This document shows, in pieces, positions 10,001-21,200 of a stretch of DNA of 64,000 nucleotides. Position 1 is the first letter of the stretch, and every line of letters starts with the position of its first letter. The DNA is from Tubulanus polymorphus (Eukaryota; Animalia; Nemertea): contig NC_134032.1 of the NCBI RefSeq assembly GCF_964204645.1, positions 16,108,275 to 16,172,274 of the forward strand. Direction: 5' to 3'. Position numbers and translations under genes: made by a program. Below the pieces are notes generated by a model. It ran no database searches and was not told the DNA's origin. It worked only from the letters and a program-made list of their open reading frames with translations.

Positions 10001-12758
10001 TGAATAAACTACACTAGCTCAAGGAATACAGTATTCCTGAAGATGACTATTAGGATATAGTCGAAACGTTGAATAAACTACACTAGCTCAAGGAATACAG
10101 TATCCCTGAAGATGACTATTAGGATAAAGTCGAGACGCTGAATAAACTACACTAGCTCAAGGAATACAGTATTCCTGAAGATGACTATTAGGATAAAGTC
10201 GAAACGTTGAATAAACTACACTAGCTCAAGGAATACAGTATTCCTGAAGATGACTATTAGGATAAAGTCGAAACGTTGAATAAACTACACTAGCTCAAGG
10301 AATACAGTATTCCTGAAGATGACCATTAGGATAAAGTCGAAACGTTAAATAAACTACACTAGCTCAAGGAATACAGTATTCCTGAAGATGACCATTATGA
10401 AAAAGTCGAAACGTTGAATAAACTACACTAGCTCAAGGAATACAGTATTCCTGAAGATGACTATTAGGATAAAGTCGAAACGTTGAATAAACTACACTAG
10501 CTCAAGGAATACAGTATTCCTGAAGATGACTATTAGGATAAAGTCGAAACGTTGAATAAACTACACTAGCTCAAGGAATAAAGTATTCCTGAAGATGACT
10601 ATTAGGATAAAGTCGAAACGTTGAATAAATTCCACTAGCTCAAGGAATACAGTATTTCTGAAGATGACTATTTGGATAAAGTCGAAACGTTGAATAAACT
10701 CCACTAGCTCAAGGAATACAGTATTCCTGAAGATGACTATCAGGATAAAGTCGAAACGTTGAATAAACTACACTAGCTCAAGGAATACAGTATTCCTGAA
10801 GATGACTATTAGGATATAGTCGAAACGTTGAATAAACTACACTAGCTCAAGGAATACAGTATTCCTGAAGATGACTATTAGGATATAGTCGAAACGTTGA
10901 ATAAACTACACTAGCTCAAGGAATACAGTATTCCTGAAGATGACTATTAGGATATAGTCGAAACGTTGAATAAACTACACTAGCTCAAGGAATACAGTAT
11001 TCCTGAAGATGACTATTAGGATATAGTCGAAACGTTGAATAAACTACACTAGCTCAAGGAATACAGTATTCCTGAAGATGACTATTAGGATATAGTCGAA
11101 ACGTTGAATAAACTACACTAGCTCAAGGAATACAGTATTCCTGAAGATGACTATTAGGATATAGTCGAAACGTTGAATAAACTACACTAGCTCAAGGAAT
11201 ACAGTATTCCTGAAGATGACTATTAGGATATAGTCGAAACGTTGAATAAACTACACTAGCTCAAGGAATACAGTATTCCTGAAGATGACTATTAAGATAT
11301 AGTCGAAACGTTGAATAAACTACACTAGCTCAAGGAATACAGTATTCCTGAAGATGACTATTAGGATAAAGTCGAAACGTTAAATAAACTACACTAGCTC
11401 AAGGAATACAGTATTCCTGAAGATGACTATTAGGATATAGTCGAAACGTTGAATAAACTACACTAGCTCAAGGAATACAGTATTCCTGAAGATGGCAATT
11501 AGGATAAAGTCGAAACGTTGAATAAACTACACTAGCTCAAGGAATACAGTATTCCTGAAGATGACTATTAGGATAAAGTCGAAACGTTGAATAAACTCCA
11601 CTAGCTCAAGGAATACAGTATTCCTGAAGATGACTATCAGGATAAAGTCGAAACGTTGAATAAACTACACTAGCTCAAGGAATACAGTATTCCTGAAGAT
11701 GACTATTAGGATAAAGTCGAAACGTTGAATAAACTACACTAGCTCAAGGAATACAGTATTCCTGAAGATGACTATTAGGATAAAGTCGAAATGTTGAATA
11801 AACTACACTAGCTCAAGGAATACAGTATTCCTGAAGATGACTATTAGGATAAAGTCGAAACGTTGAATAAACTACACTAGCTCAAGGAATGCAGTATTCC
11901 TGAAGATGGCTATTAGGATAAAATCGAAACGTGAATTAAACATAAGCTCCAGGAAACATTTCAGACTCTTGTTCCTTCTTATTTGTGAGATTTCTCAACC
12001 TACCTTTACATAGACGACAACTATGAATAGAGCCCAGATGTCCTGCGATCCAACATAAAGCCAGGTGAAGGTTTTTGTGATGAATACTTTCCACTTTTTG
12101 AATTCGTCCCCGGTCAATTTTGGCTCCAGCATACAGAAAATGACGAACCCCCAAATGAAAACAATCGCGGCGCAGGTGACAATCGGGTTAAAACGAATCC
12201 ATATCTTCGGAATCCGGAACCAGCAACTTCGATCCTGGGGAAAAAATAATCTCAAAATTGGAAAAATGGTAAATTCCTGAACTGAGACTCAATTATCAAA
12301 TCAGTTTTTTTGTATGACATAGGTTAATTTTACAATCATCGACGCCATCTATGGGAATTGTGAACTAAAATTTTAACTAAAATCTTAGTATTGGCACTGT
12401 TCCAATCTTCAGGTGTCTTGCAATTTTAGTAATCTATTATAATTTATTCATGTTTTATATATATTATGATAATTTTTGAAAATTTATTATAAATTATTCA
12501 TTAACAATTTGAATAAATGAAAATAAGTACGAAATTAATGGTTACCTTAATGCTGTCGTATGCGATGATGTCAGTTTGATCCGGGTCGGGAAAACATGTC
12601 TGAAAACATCCTCCGTACATGCCTTGACACCCGCATGCGTCGTCAAGCGGTTCTTTATCCTCGATCACAACAGGTCCGCCATTTCTCTGCGAGTCATTCT
12701 TGTCGTCGGGGCCTTCGTCGTCAATGACGACGGCGTGGTTGTCATGACCGTGCGACAT
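7024..12758 (-). CDS. Spliced BCCT-family transporter, paralog B, ~850 aa, with C-terminal PLAC8-like extension
   Basis: Coding exons 12758-12546, 12234-12004, 9739-9508, 9310-8777, 8694-8599, 8270-7024. Introns are GT-AG, total 2553 nt in frame. Internal exon sizes (231/232/534/96) and BCCT motifs match paralog A. In-frame TGA upstream of the ATG; UTR acceptor near 12892. Confidence 0.93.
9919..11931 (+). repeat. 69-bp tandem satellite, ~29 copies, inside an intron of BCCT paralog B
   Basis: Unit AAAGTCGAAACGTTGAATAAACTACACTAGCTCAAGGAATACAGTATTCCTGAAGATGACTATTAGGAT; GTCG recurs at 9922, 9991, 10060 and onward. Confidence 0.97.
9963..11870 (+). ncRNA. Tandem array of minimal type I hammerhead ribozyme motifs (one per 69-nt unit)
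   Basis: Example 10860-10903: stem I UAUUC, core CUGAAGA-U, stem II GACUAU/AUAGUC with loop UAGGAU, GAAA, palindromic ACGU stem III, U17, stem I' GAAUA. Activity has not been tested. Confidence 0.8.
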
Positions 12759-13617
12759 GTTTGCGAGCCTCGATTCAGATCAGCCTCTCGCAATCACCCT
12801 CGTTCTTCTATCTCTTGAACCCCTCTGTCTTGAACTCTTGGTTCGGTCTCTCGCTCTTTTCTTTTCCTTTCTCTATCTCTCTCCGTTCCCGCTGAAGAAA
12901 TTGGCAACAGAAGAAGATAATATCAGTAAACCACGCATAATATATGACTCGAACACGGGAAACACTGACTTATCACTAATCTGGACAAAAACGAAATCAT
13001 TTATTGATTTTCTATTATTTTTTCCGATCGTTAAAACTCGGAATGGCTTATCAAATTGGTTTTTTCTAGAATGATAATTTTGACTCACGAATCGACCTGT
13101 TGGGTATTATGATTAGCATTCCCGGGTTACCGGTATGTGAAGGTCAGTCGATGAGGCCAGACCCGGACTCCTTACGGCAAAAACCCACCCGCGTTGTCTG
13201 GAATTAGCTTCCGCGTTCCAGTGCCTTGATTAGTTTTGAATAGAAGTTATCAAGGTTCGGTGATTCATGTATTGCGTAGTTCAAATGATAAAAACGATAT
13301 TTTTCAGAATGAATAAATTCCTGCTAAAGTAACCGTTATCAAAGCCTGGGGCCAAAATGCGCGCAATACAGGAAACCAGTCACACGGTCACGGCTTAGAT
13401 CTACGTAAGACCAGAACTTGAGAAGGTCGAAGTTAACTTTAAATCCGGTCTTGTGATTTGTAAGACCACTTTTCAACTTAACACAAATCGTGACTGATAA
13501 ATTACGCAACTGGCCCCGGAGCAGGTTCCGATAGTCGAGGCGAAATGTGGTCTTAAATCTTTAGACCAGTCTCAAGTTATAGAACGATGACCACACTCAA
13601 ACGTGGTGAACGGATAA

Positions 13618-13789
13618 TAAGATAAAATCCCGCTATTTACAGATTAAAAGAATTTAAAAACAAGAATTTATTTATTAAATCTAAAATATTTAAAAGACAC
13701 GACGTTTCGATCTCACCCTAGAGATCATCGTCAGGTGAAATTCTTGTTTTTAAATTCTTTTAATCTGTAAATAGTGGGATTTTATCTTA
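13618..13789 (-). mobile_element. Penelope-like inverted remnant carrying a minimal hammerhead motif (13698-13737, minus strand)
   Basis: 52-bp inverted arms 13618-13669 / 13738-13789 with 1 mismatch. Minus strand reads CAC-CUGACGA-U-GAUCUC-UAGGGU-GAGAUC-GAAA-CGUC-GUG. 12-bp direct repeat CAGTCTCAAGTT at 13567-13578 and 13790-13801. Confidence 0.7.
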
Positions 13790-14507
13790 CAGTCTCAAGT
13801 TGTGGCTACGTTATGTGCTAGTTCAAGTATAAACTATAGCGCGACTGACACCATCCAGGGGTGGTTGTACATACTCCAAATAGTACGTACATTCTTCCAC
13901 AAAACTTAAGCAAAGATAAAAGAGCTCGACATATTCGTCTGGTTTGAATATATATCTTTTTTTACATAAATCGTGCGATCACGTGTTCACATAATGAACC
14001 TTTTGTATCAAACGCGATGCGCTTCGCTAAATGTCAAGGTCGACCTACTGTTGATCATAAATATTTTTGTAATTACCATAACAATTCAATCGATTTTTTA
14101 CAAAAGATTCAAAGTGTATTTCAATGAATACCTTTCAGGTTTAACATGTGAACGAGAATGTGAATAATTTTAGCGCTGGTTTTGAAGAAAGCCGAACGGA
14201 CGAAAAGATCATTGACGTCGTCGTGTAGAGATCATTTGTTCACGTTCACAAGAAGAAAAATCACCTGATTCAAAATGAAATATGAATTGCCAATTATTGT
14301 GTCACTGCTGTCGAACTTATATTTCTCAAAGTTTTCAAAATGTAATTCTCGATACCTGGACCGCGACTTCTACATTTGTCGGTTACATTTGACTGTATGC
14401 TCGGAGGGAAGGTTCATTTAGTTAATCTAATTTTTAAGTTTGTTCATTTCAAATATTTAAACTGGAGGCAAACTTTTTGTAAGCTATGTGAAACTAGACC
14501 CTAATGG

Positions 14508-14583
14508 GGTTCCGCTGTAACAAGGTTCCGCTGTAACGAGGTTCCGCTGTAACGAGGTTCCGCTGTAACGAGGTTCCGCTGTA
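14508..14583. repeat. 16-bp minisatellite (GGTTCCGCTGTAACGA), ~5 copies
   Basis: Direct tandem copies. Confidence 0.9.
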
Positions 14584-14770
14584 CTTTCGACATTGTACTG
14601 ATATCTTTTTAAACCGATGTTATTCGGTTTAGTTGAAAACAATCACGTGGCCCCCGATAAACCCCAAAAACTAATTTCACCACATTTGCTCGAATAACAA
14701 CAGCACTAGCCCCATTAAGATGTGCATTAGCTGTGACGAATATAGGACAAGCTGTATAACTCTATGCCAG

Positions 14771-14912
14771 GTGGACAGCTGGTCTACTGGCTAACATGCT
14801 TGCTTTCTACGTACGAGACCCGGGTTCGATGCCCGGTCAGTACGCGTTGCGACTTAGCTCAATCACTTTTAGTGCACTGATCGACAAGTTTTGGGAGTTC
14901 GAATCTCGGGGA
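14771..14912 (+). pseudogene. tRNA-derived sequence (SINE head or tRNA pseudogene), probably two degenerate heads in tandem
   Basis: A-box-like TGGTCTACTGG, perfect T-arm CCGGG-TTCGATG-CCCGG, second B-box GTTCGAATC at ~14897. The acceptor stem does not pair. Confidence 0.55.
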
Positions 14913-15034
14913 AACAACTTTTCCTAAACAACTACATTTTCCTTTTTTACAATAGATCTTGACGGACCCGGCCCCGGCGGGCACATTTTATCGGAGGTTA
15001 TCCGCGAGGGCTTGCGTTGGGCTAAGTTGCCCGA

Positions 15035-15160
15035 ACCAGTAGCCAAAAAGTTGGTTAAAGAAAACCAGCGGATAAATACCATAGTTACAATGAAGTTTTA
15101 ATTGTCATTCAGACAACTATCCACTGGTTAACTCTAACTTTTAAGCGACTGCAGCCCCTG
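15035..15160. mobile_element. Short MITE family member (related copies ~28426-28552 and ~30254-30356)
   Basis: Shared internal CAAAAGTT...GGATAAATAYCATAGTWACAATGAAGT...CAACTATCCACTGG; GGGGC/GCCCC-type ends. Confidence 0.55.
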
Positions 15161-15336
15161 ACTGTTAACCTCACACATTTTCATAATTAGTTATCACAAA
15201 CATTTAAACATTAACATTTCCATCCATTATGATTTCAATTCTAAAAATGAAATAAACCAGTGTAATTTCACTTTATACAATTATCACGAAAAATATCAGA
15301 AACTCATTCGAATGATGAAATGAAGTAGGTACTTAC

Positions 15337-15520
15337 AAACAGTTGGCGGAGTTTTTGAAGAAAACTTTCCTTGAAGTTTCAACAGTTTTGAAAGAGCTCA
15401 CTGTTCGAAAGAGCTCACAGTGCTGCAAGAAGGGCGAGTGCTCTACAAAAAACTGTTACCAACTGCGACAATTTCGACAAAGAGTTTCATTATCTAAATA
15501 CGTCAGGGCGCCGCGGCGAA
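15337..15520 (-). other. Candidate non-coding first exon of BCCT paralog B
   Basis: Strong minus-strand donor TTT|GTAAGTA at 15336, a GC-rich patch at ~15505-15525, and an unpaired UTR acceptor at ~12892. Inference only. Confidence 0.3.
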
Positions 15521-15869
15521 CGCTGTTTAAAGAACCGGTTTCGTTTTTTTGGAAAACATTTACAAAGGTTTACGATCGGTTTTTCACTGAATCAAAACCG
15601 ATAAAATACAAACATAAAACTATAAAGATAAATTGTACGCTGCTTTCGTAATGGCCGCGGTTTTAATTGGGGTTTTTTTTGTACGGGTCGGTATGAAGAC
15701 ATAACCTTGAACTGAAATATTTTATTGGTTTTTGTTAATCAAGATCTCAAGCGATCAATGATATATACTTTATACGTCATATGAGGTTAAAAAGTTGTCA
15801 TAGACTTTAACGATATTTTTGTGTTTCATGAAGTCCAAGATTCGTCTCAATGGGCCATTGATCGCGCGG

Positions 15870-15982
15870 ACTCGAGTCCTGCAGGCTGGTCGAGTCCTAC
15901 AGGCTGGTCGAGTCCTGCACGCTGCTCGAGTCCTGCACGCTGCTCGAGTCCTGCAGGCTGGTCGAGTCCTGCAGGCTGGTCG
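15870..15982. repeat. 18-bp minisatellite (TCGAGTCCTGCAGGCTGG), ~6 copies
   Basis: Direct tandem copies. Confidence 0.9.
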
Positions 15983-16627
15983 CTGTCTCCATCATCACTT
16001 CATGTTGCGGATGGTGAACTCCCTCCATAACAGAGTCAAAATCATACGTTCTTGGTTGAACCCGTCTTTGCGCATATTATATACCGGTAATTGAAAGTTG
16101 CCAGCATTTTAGGTTGAAACATCTTACTCTTCTCCTTATGTCGCTGTTGTTTAAGAGCAAAAACCACGTGAACAATAAACCGTTAAGTCCAAGAACAGGT
16201 TCGTATTCAGAAAGTCATGATTGATTTCAGAGTTCGGCGAAAACTTGCTTCAAATGAAAGGAAACTCTTTTCGACAGTAACTTAACCTACATTACTTGTA
16301 TATACAGAATTATACAGTACTAAAAAAGTTGACAACGACAAATCAATAACAGCGTCACAGAATGTGTATCACTACCTCAAATATCACATAATTGAAAAGA
16401 AAATCTTTATGACATTCGAATGATATTTGACTTATTTTTTTCTATTTTGTAATAGTTCCAGGGCTGGATCAATCCGGGGTTATGAAAGGTACTGGAACAA
16501 CGGTGAATGATTACGTCTCCATTTGAAAGGATTTCCGTAAAAACAAAACTGATTACAAAATCAAATGATCTAACTTTCAAAAGACATATTAACAACGCGA
16601 AAGGGTCGGCCTAACATCGATACCAAT

Positions 16628-16900
16628 TCTGGACTCATTTCCACGTCAATTCTGGACTCAGTTCCACAGTTCTGGACTCACAGTTCCACAGTTCTGGACT
16701 CACAGTTCCACAGTTCTGGACTCAGTTCCACCGTTCAGAACTCAGTGCCAGAGTTCCATTTCCACAGTTTTGAATCCAGTTCCACAGTTCTGAATTCAGT
16801 TCCACAGTTCTGGATCCAGTTCCACAGTTCCGAATTCAGTTCCACAGTTCTGGATCCAGTTCCACAGTTCTGTACTCAGTTGCACAGTTCTGGACTCAGT
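16628..16900. repeat. ~21-bp minisatellite (CCAGTTCCACAGTTCTGGAT-like) matching the MITE TIR
   Basis: Tandem copies of the same CAGTTCCACAGTT motif that ends the 6171-6278 MITE. Confidence 0.85.
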
Positions 16901-17172
16901 AACACAACTCTGCCGTCAGTTCTACTGTTCAGACTCTTAACATTTGGTATTTAACTGATTTAAGGTCAAGCTGTTGGCTGGGAACTGGGCGTCCTCGGAT
17001 AGAAAAAGAACCCGGTAAATCAAGTGCGTTCGTTCACCTCTTTTCTCACACAAAGACTGTACTCAACACAACTCAACGGGGATCAATTGAGACAAACACT
17101 TCAAAACCAGTCAAAAAAGTATTCATCGAACATCCACCCCTAAATACGATGTACAGAGGTCCCCGTTTAGTC

Positions 17173-17290
17173 CACAGGGGATTGTCACAATTTGATGGGA
17201 GATGGTTGATACCAGTATCCCTCTAAAGAAAAATTTCTTTTTTATTTTGGGATACTGGTATCATCCATCGAATTGTGACAAGCCCCTGTG
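17173..17290. mobile_element. 118-bp palindromic MITE
   Basis: CACAGGGGATTGTCACAATT...GATACCAGTATCC / GGATACTGGTATC...AATTGTGACAAGCCCCTGTG. Confidence 0.7.
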
Positions 17291-17392
17291 TTTTGGTCTG
17301 GTTAGTAATTAAATAGTGATTACTGGGTTTGAACCCGGGACACCCCCTGTACATCCTCAGCATCTCGCACTCTGCCGGTGTCAGTAGTTATC

Positions 17393-17628
17393 AGTAATTT
17401 TTGTCAAGATATCAATATTTCACCGTACGGTGCTGCCGCTATGCTCATCGTTAGCGGGTTTTTCGTACACTAACTAAAGTCAACTCTGGTAATCGACGTG
17501 CTGTTCAGTTATACTCCCCAACTCTAGCTTGCCAGAGTTGACCTACGATAGTGTATGAAAATCCCGCTAACGATGAGCATAGCGGCAGCACCGTACGGGG
17601 AAATGTTGATATCTTAACAAAAGTTACT
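17393..17628. mobile_element. Full-length ~235-bp MITE with ~80-bp TIRs (family amplified in the 30.7-40.2 kb array)
   Basis: AGTAATTTTTGTCAAGATATCAATATTTCACCGTACGGTGCTGCCGCTATGCTCATCGTTAGCGGG... pairs with ...CCCGCTAACGATGAGCATAGCGGCAGCACCGTACGGGGAAATGTTGATATCTTAACAAAAGTTACT. Confidence 0.85.
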
Positions 17629-17963
17629 TCCACCAGCGGAACGGCTTTAGCGCTATGGATTCGAATCCCTTGACGGGTGAAGATACAGTGTAGTGAATTA
17701 ACTTCACCCGCATGCCACAGTAGAATTATAGAGCAGTTGAGTAAGTTCACGTATTTGCCATCGATGTTATTTCTAGGTGGCAGCACCCAACGGTAAAAAA
17801 AATCTAAATATTCGTATTCGCTAATCTAACTCCAGTCGGTCGCAGCCGATACGACAAACATCTGAACGTCATAACGTAATCTTCTTTGTAAACCATCACA
17901 TTTCTATTTTGACAGCTCCGACGTCATTTCGGATAGCTGGACCGGAATTCGTGGCTCATGGTA

Positions 17964-18065
17964 AGACTGGCTGTCGGTCTCTATCTCTTCGAACGCAAAA
18001 TTCCACAGGCAACCAGTCTAGGGGTAGGGTTAGTCCGATACCGGGTTCTAGGGTTAGGGTTAGTT
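17964..18065. repeat. Small dispersed repeat with internal hairpin and TTAGGG-like tail (related copy ~58690-58740)
   Basis: AGACTGGCTGTCGGTCTCTATCT...ACAGGCAACCAGTCTA is shared with 58692-58738 and is followed here by AGGGTTAGGGTTAG. Confidence 0.45.
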
Positions 18066-18269
18066 GTAGTTACTGTAAGGATGGTGTCCGGCGCTGATTC
18101 CGATATCGGGTCCCGTGATTCGCCATTTTCTCGTGAAAGTGACATCAACGACGTAAATAAACTGTGTGTGACGATAGTTTATTAATTATCTGTGTAGCTG
18201 ATTGATTGATTGTAGCTGCTGCTGCTGCTGCTGCACCTGTCTTTGCTGGTTTAATTGATTCATATAGAC

Positions 18270-21200
18270 ATGGGTTGTATCATTGGATCGGTAAGATATC
18301 AATCCACTTAAATCCCGACCAAATCTCTACTCCTCCGCTCCGGCTCCGTCCACTTTCTTTTTCTTAAATTGCTTCTTCCTTATTTTTTCGAAACTCTGTT
18401 TTTGCGTGATTCAGATCTCAGTTATCCCGTGACTAACAGCAGTTTTTCCAAGTCCAAAAAGCCATGGAAATAACCGTTTATTCTCTGTGGTAAAACGTGT
18501 GGAAAATTAGAAAATGCTGAGCGGTTTCAAAGTGACAGTTTCCTTCAATTATGAAGACTAAGGCCTCAGGTGCCTAATTGTCTTTCTAACTCAGTTCTTA
18601 TAACAACAGGGGGAGTTGTCATTTTCCAAATTAACACATTTACATGAAATGACTACAGTCGCTAACCAACCCTCTATTGTTAGTTTCACTGAGAACCTTA
18701 GTGTCAGTGGTATATCGCTAACGGGACCCCTGACACTAAGTCGCGGAAGCTATATACGCGGTGATTTTAAATTCTTTTTAATTCAACTCTAATTATATCA
18801 TCACTACTCAGCTCTCATTCAACCGATTACACAAAATTAACTATCATTGCAAACCTCTGATCTTTCTTGTTCTTACTGTTGTGTTTATTTAGTCATTTTG
18901 TCATCGTATTTTGTGTATGAAACGATTTTTCATGACTTATCAAATATCCACGAGTCGCGCAAAGCGGTATCTATTGTTGTGTTGCTAAGATATTGATTTT
19001 TTCATGCGGGTGAGTCTCGCGAGGAACCGTTTTTTAGTAAAACAAAAGCGGTACTAAAATATTTCTAGAGGCAATTTCCAGCCACTTGAACTTCAAATAT
19101 ATTCTTTGGAGTGTAAACAATGAAAAGATAACAACATAAGGTCAGTGTAGGTAGTTTATTTATTGAAATCGGATGAGTAGTTGCCGAGTACTGAGTGGTT
19201 AAAGTGCCGACTGAGAGCCAGTCGGCAATTTCGACGTAAAATAACGACTACGTGACTGGGTGGGTGGTTCACGCGAGCTCTTTAGTATTGGCAGTATACG
19301 GAACTCCGCGAACCGGCCATTCTCAGAACTGGGTGAATTGTTAGTGTACATTATAGCAACGCGTGCCGCATAAACTCAATAATGAAGCTGCAGAAATAGT
19401 CGGAATGATACACAGACCCGTCAGCGCCACAAACATCTAAAACTTCTAGTTTATTTAATCAAGCCTAGTCCAATAATCATGGTTAAATGGAGTTTAATTA
19501 TTGATTGTGTATTGTTTTACAGTTAGCGTGTTGTTTCGGCAGTGCTGCGTGCAGTCTCTGTTGTGCCTGTTGCCCGTCATGCGCCAACTCCACGGCTACG
19601 AGAATAGCATACGCGTTCACTCTACTGATCGGTACTATCATCGCTTGTATCACTCTGGCGCCCGGGTTACGGGAAAGTTTAAACAAGGTCGGTATCAATC
19701 TCTGAATAATAGACTGTTCGTTTAACTGTGATTTACACTCAGATTTAGAGAATTGTCGAACTAGGTTCAGAACCTATGGAATTAGGTTCAGAACTATGGA
19801 ACTAGGTTCAGTAACTGTGGAACTGGATGTGGAACTGTGGAACTAGATCCACAACTGTGGAACTGGGTCCAGGACTGTGGCACTGGATCCATGACTGTGG
19901 AACTGGATCCAGAACTGTGGAACTGGATCCATGACTGTGGAACTGGATCCATGACTGTGGAACTGGATCCAGAACTGTGGAACTGGATCCATGACTGTGG
20001 AACTGGATCCAGAACTGTGGAACTGGATCCAGAACTGTGGAACTGGATCCATGACTGTGGAACTGGATGTGGAACTGTAGAACTGGATCCTGAATTGTAG
20101 AACTGGGTCCAGAACTGTGGAACTGGATCCAGAACTGGAACTGGCTTCACGACTGTGGAACTGGCTCCATGACTGTGGAACTGGCTCCATGACTGTGGAA
20201 CTTGGTTTTATGTAATGATGAATTATTGTTTGATTGTTTCAGATCCCGTCATTATGTAATGATAATCTCGTACACGGGAAGCTGATGGATTGTGATAAGA
20301 TCGTCGGTTATATGGCTGTATATCGAATTTGTTTTGCTCTTACTTGTTTCTTCTTCCTGTTCTGTGTTCTAATGATCAGCGTTCGGTCGTCTAAAGATCC
20401 ACGTTCTAAAATTCAAAACGGGTAAGAATTCAATTTCAATCAGGTCATTTTATGAACTTGTTTCTAAAAGTCGATTAATCAGCGATAGATCGAGGAAGCC
20501 CTAAGTCCGTTGAGAGTAGTTGGGGTAGCCCTAAGTCCGTTGAGAGTAGTTGGGGTAGCCCTAAGTCTCTTGAGAGTAGTTTGGGTAGCCCTAAGTCCCT
20601 TGAGAGTAGTTGGGGTAGCCCTAATTCCCTTGAGAGTAGTTGGGGTAGCCCTAAGTCTCTTGAGAGTAGTTGGGGTAGCCCTAAGTCCGTTGAGAGTAGT
20701 TGGGGTAGCCCTAAGTCCCTTGAGAGTAGTTGGGTAGCCCTAAGTCCGTTGAGAGTAGTTGGGGTAGCCCTAAGTCCCTTGAGAATAGTTGGGGTAGCCC
20801 TAAGTCCCTTGAGAGTAGTTGGGTAGCCCTAAGTCTGTTGAGAGTAGTTGGGGTAGCCCTAAGTCCCTTGAGAGTAGTTGGGGTAGCCCTAAGTCCCTTG
20901 AGAGTAGTTTGGGTAGCCCTAAGTCCCTTGAGAGTAGTTTGGGTAGCCCTAAGTCCCTTGAGAGTAGTTGGGTAGCCCTAAGTCCGTTGAGAGTAGTTGG
21001 GGTAGCCCTAAGTCCCTTGAGAGTAGTTGGGGTAGCCCTAAGTCCCTTGAGAGTAGTTGGGGTAGCCCTAAGTCCCTTGAGAGTAGTTGGGTAGCCCTAA
21101 GTCTGTTGAGAGTAGTTGGGGTAGCCCTAAGTCCCTTGAGAGTAGTTGGGGTAGCCCTAAGTCTCTTGAGAGTAGTTGGGGTAGCCCTAAGTCTCTTGAG

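Noticed and set aside
9919-11931. CRISPR array
   Set aside because: Units are fully repeated with no unique spacers, there are no cas genes, and the context is a eukaryotic intron.
299-12758. Bacterial contamination as the source of the BCCT genes
   Set aside because: Both genes have spliceosomal GT-AG introns in matching phases and share MITE families with the SERINC region.
14771-14912. Functional tRNA gene
   Set aside because: The T-arm is good but the acceptor and anticodon stems do not pair; treated as tRNA-derived.
18018-18063. Telomere or interstitial telomeric array (also 63630-63666)
   Set aside because: Only 2-3 TTAGGG units, embedded in small dispersed repeats.
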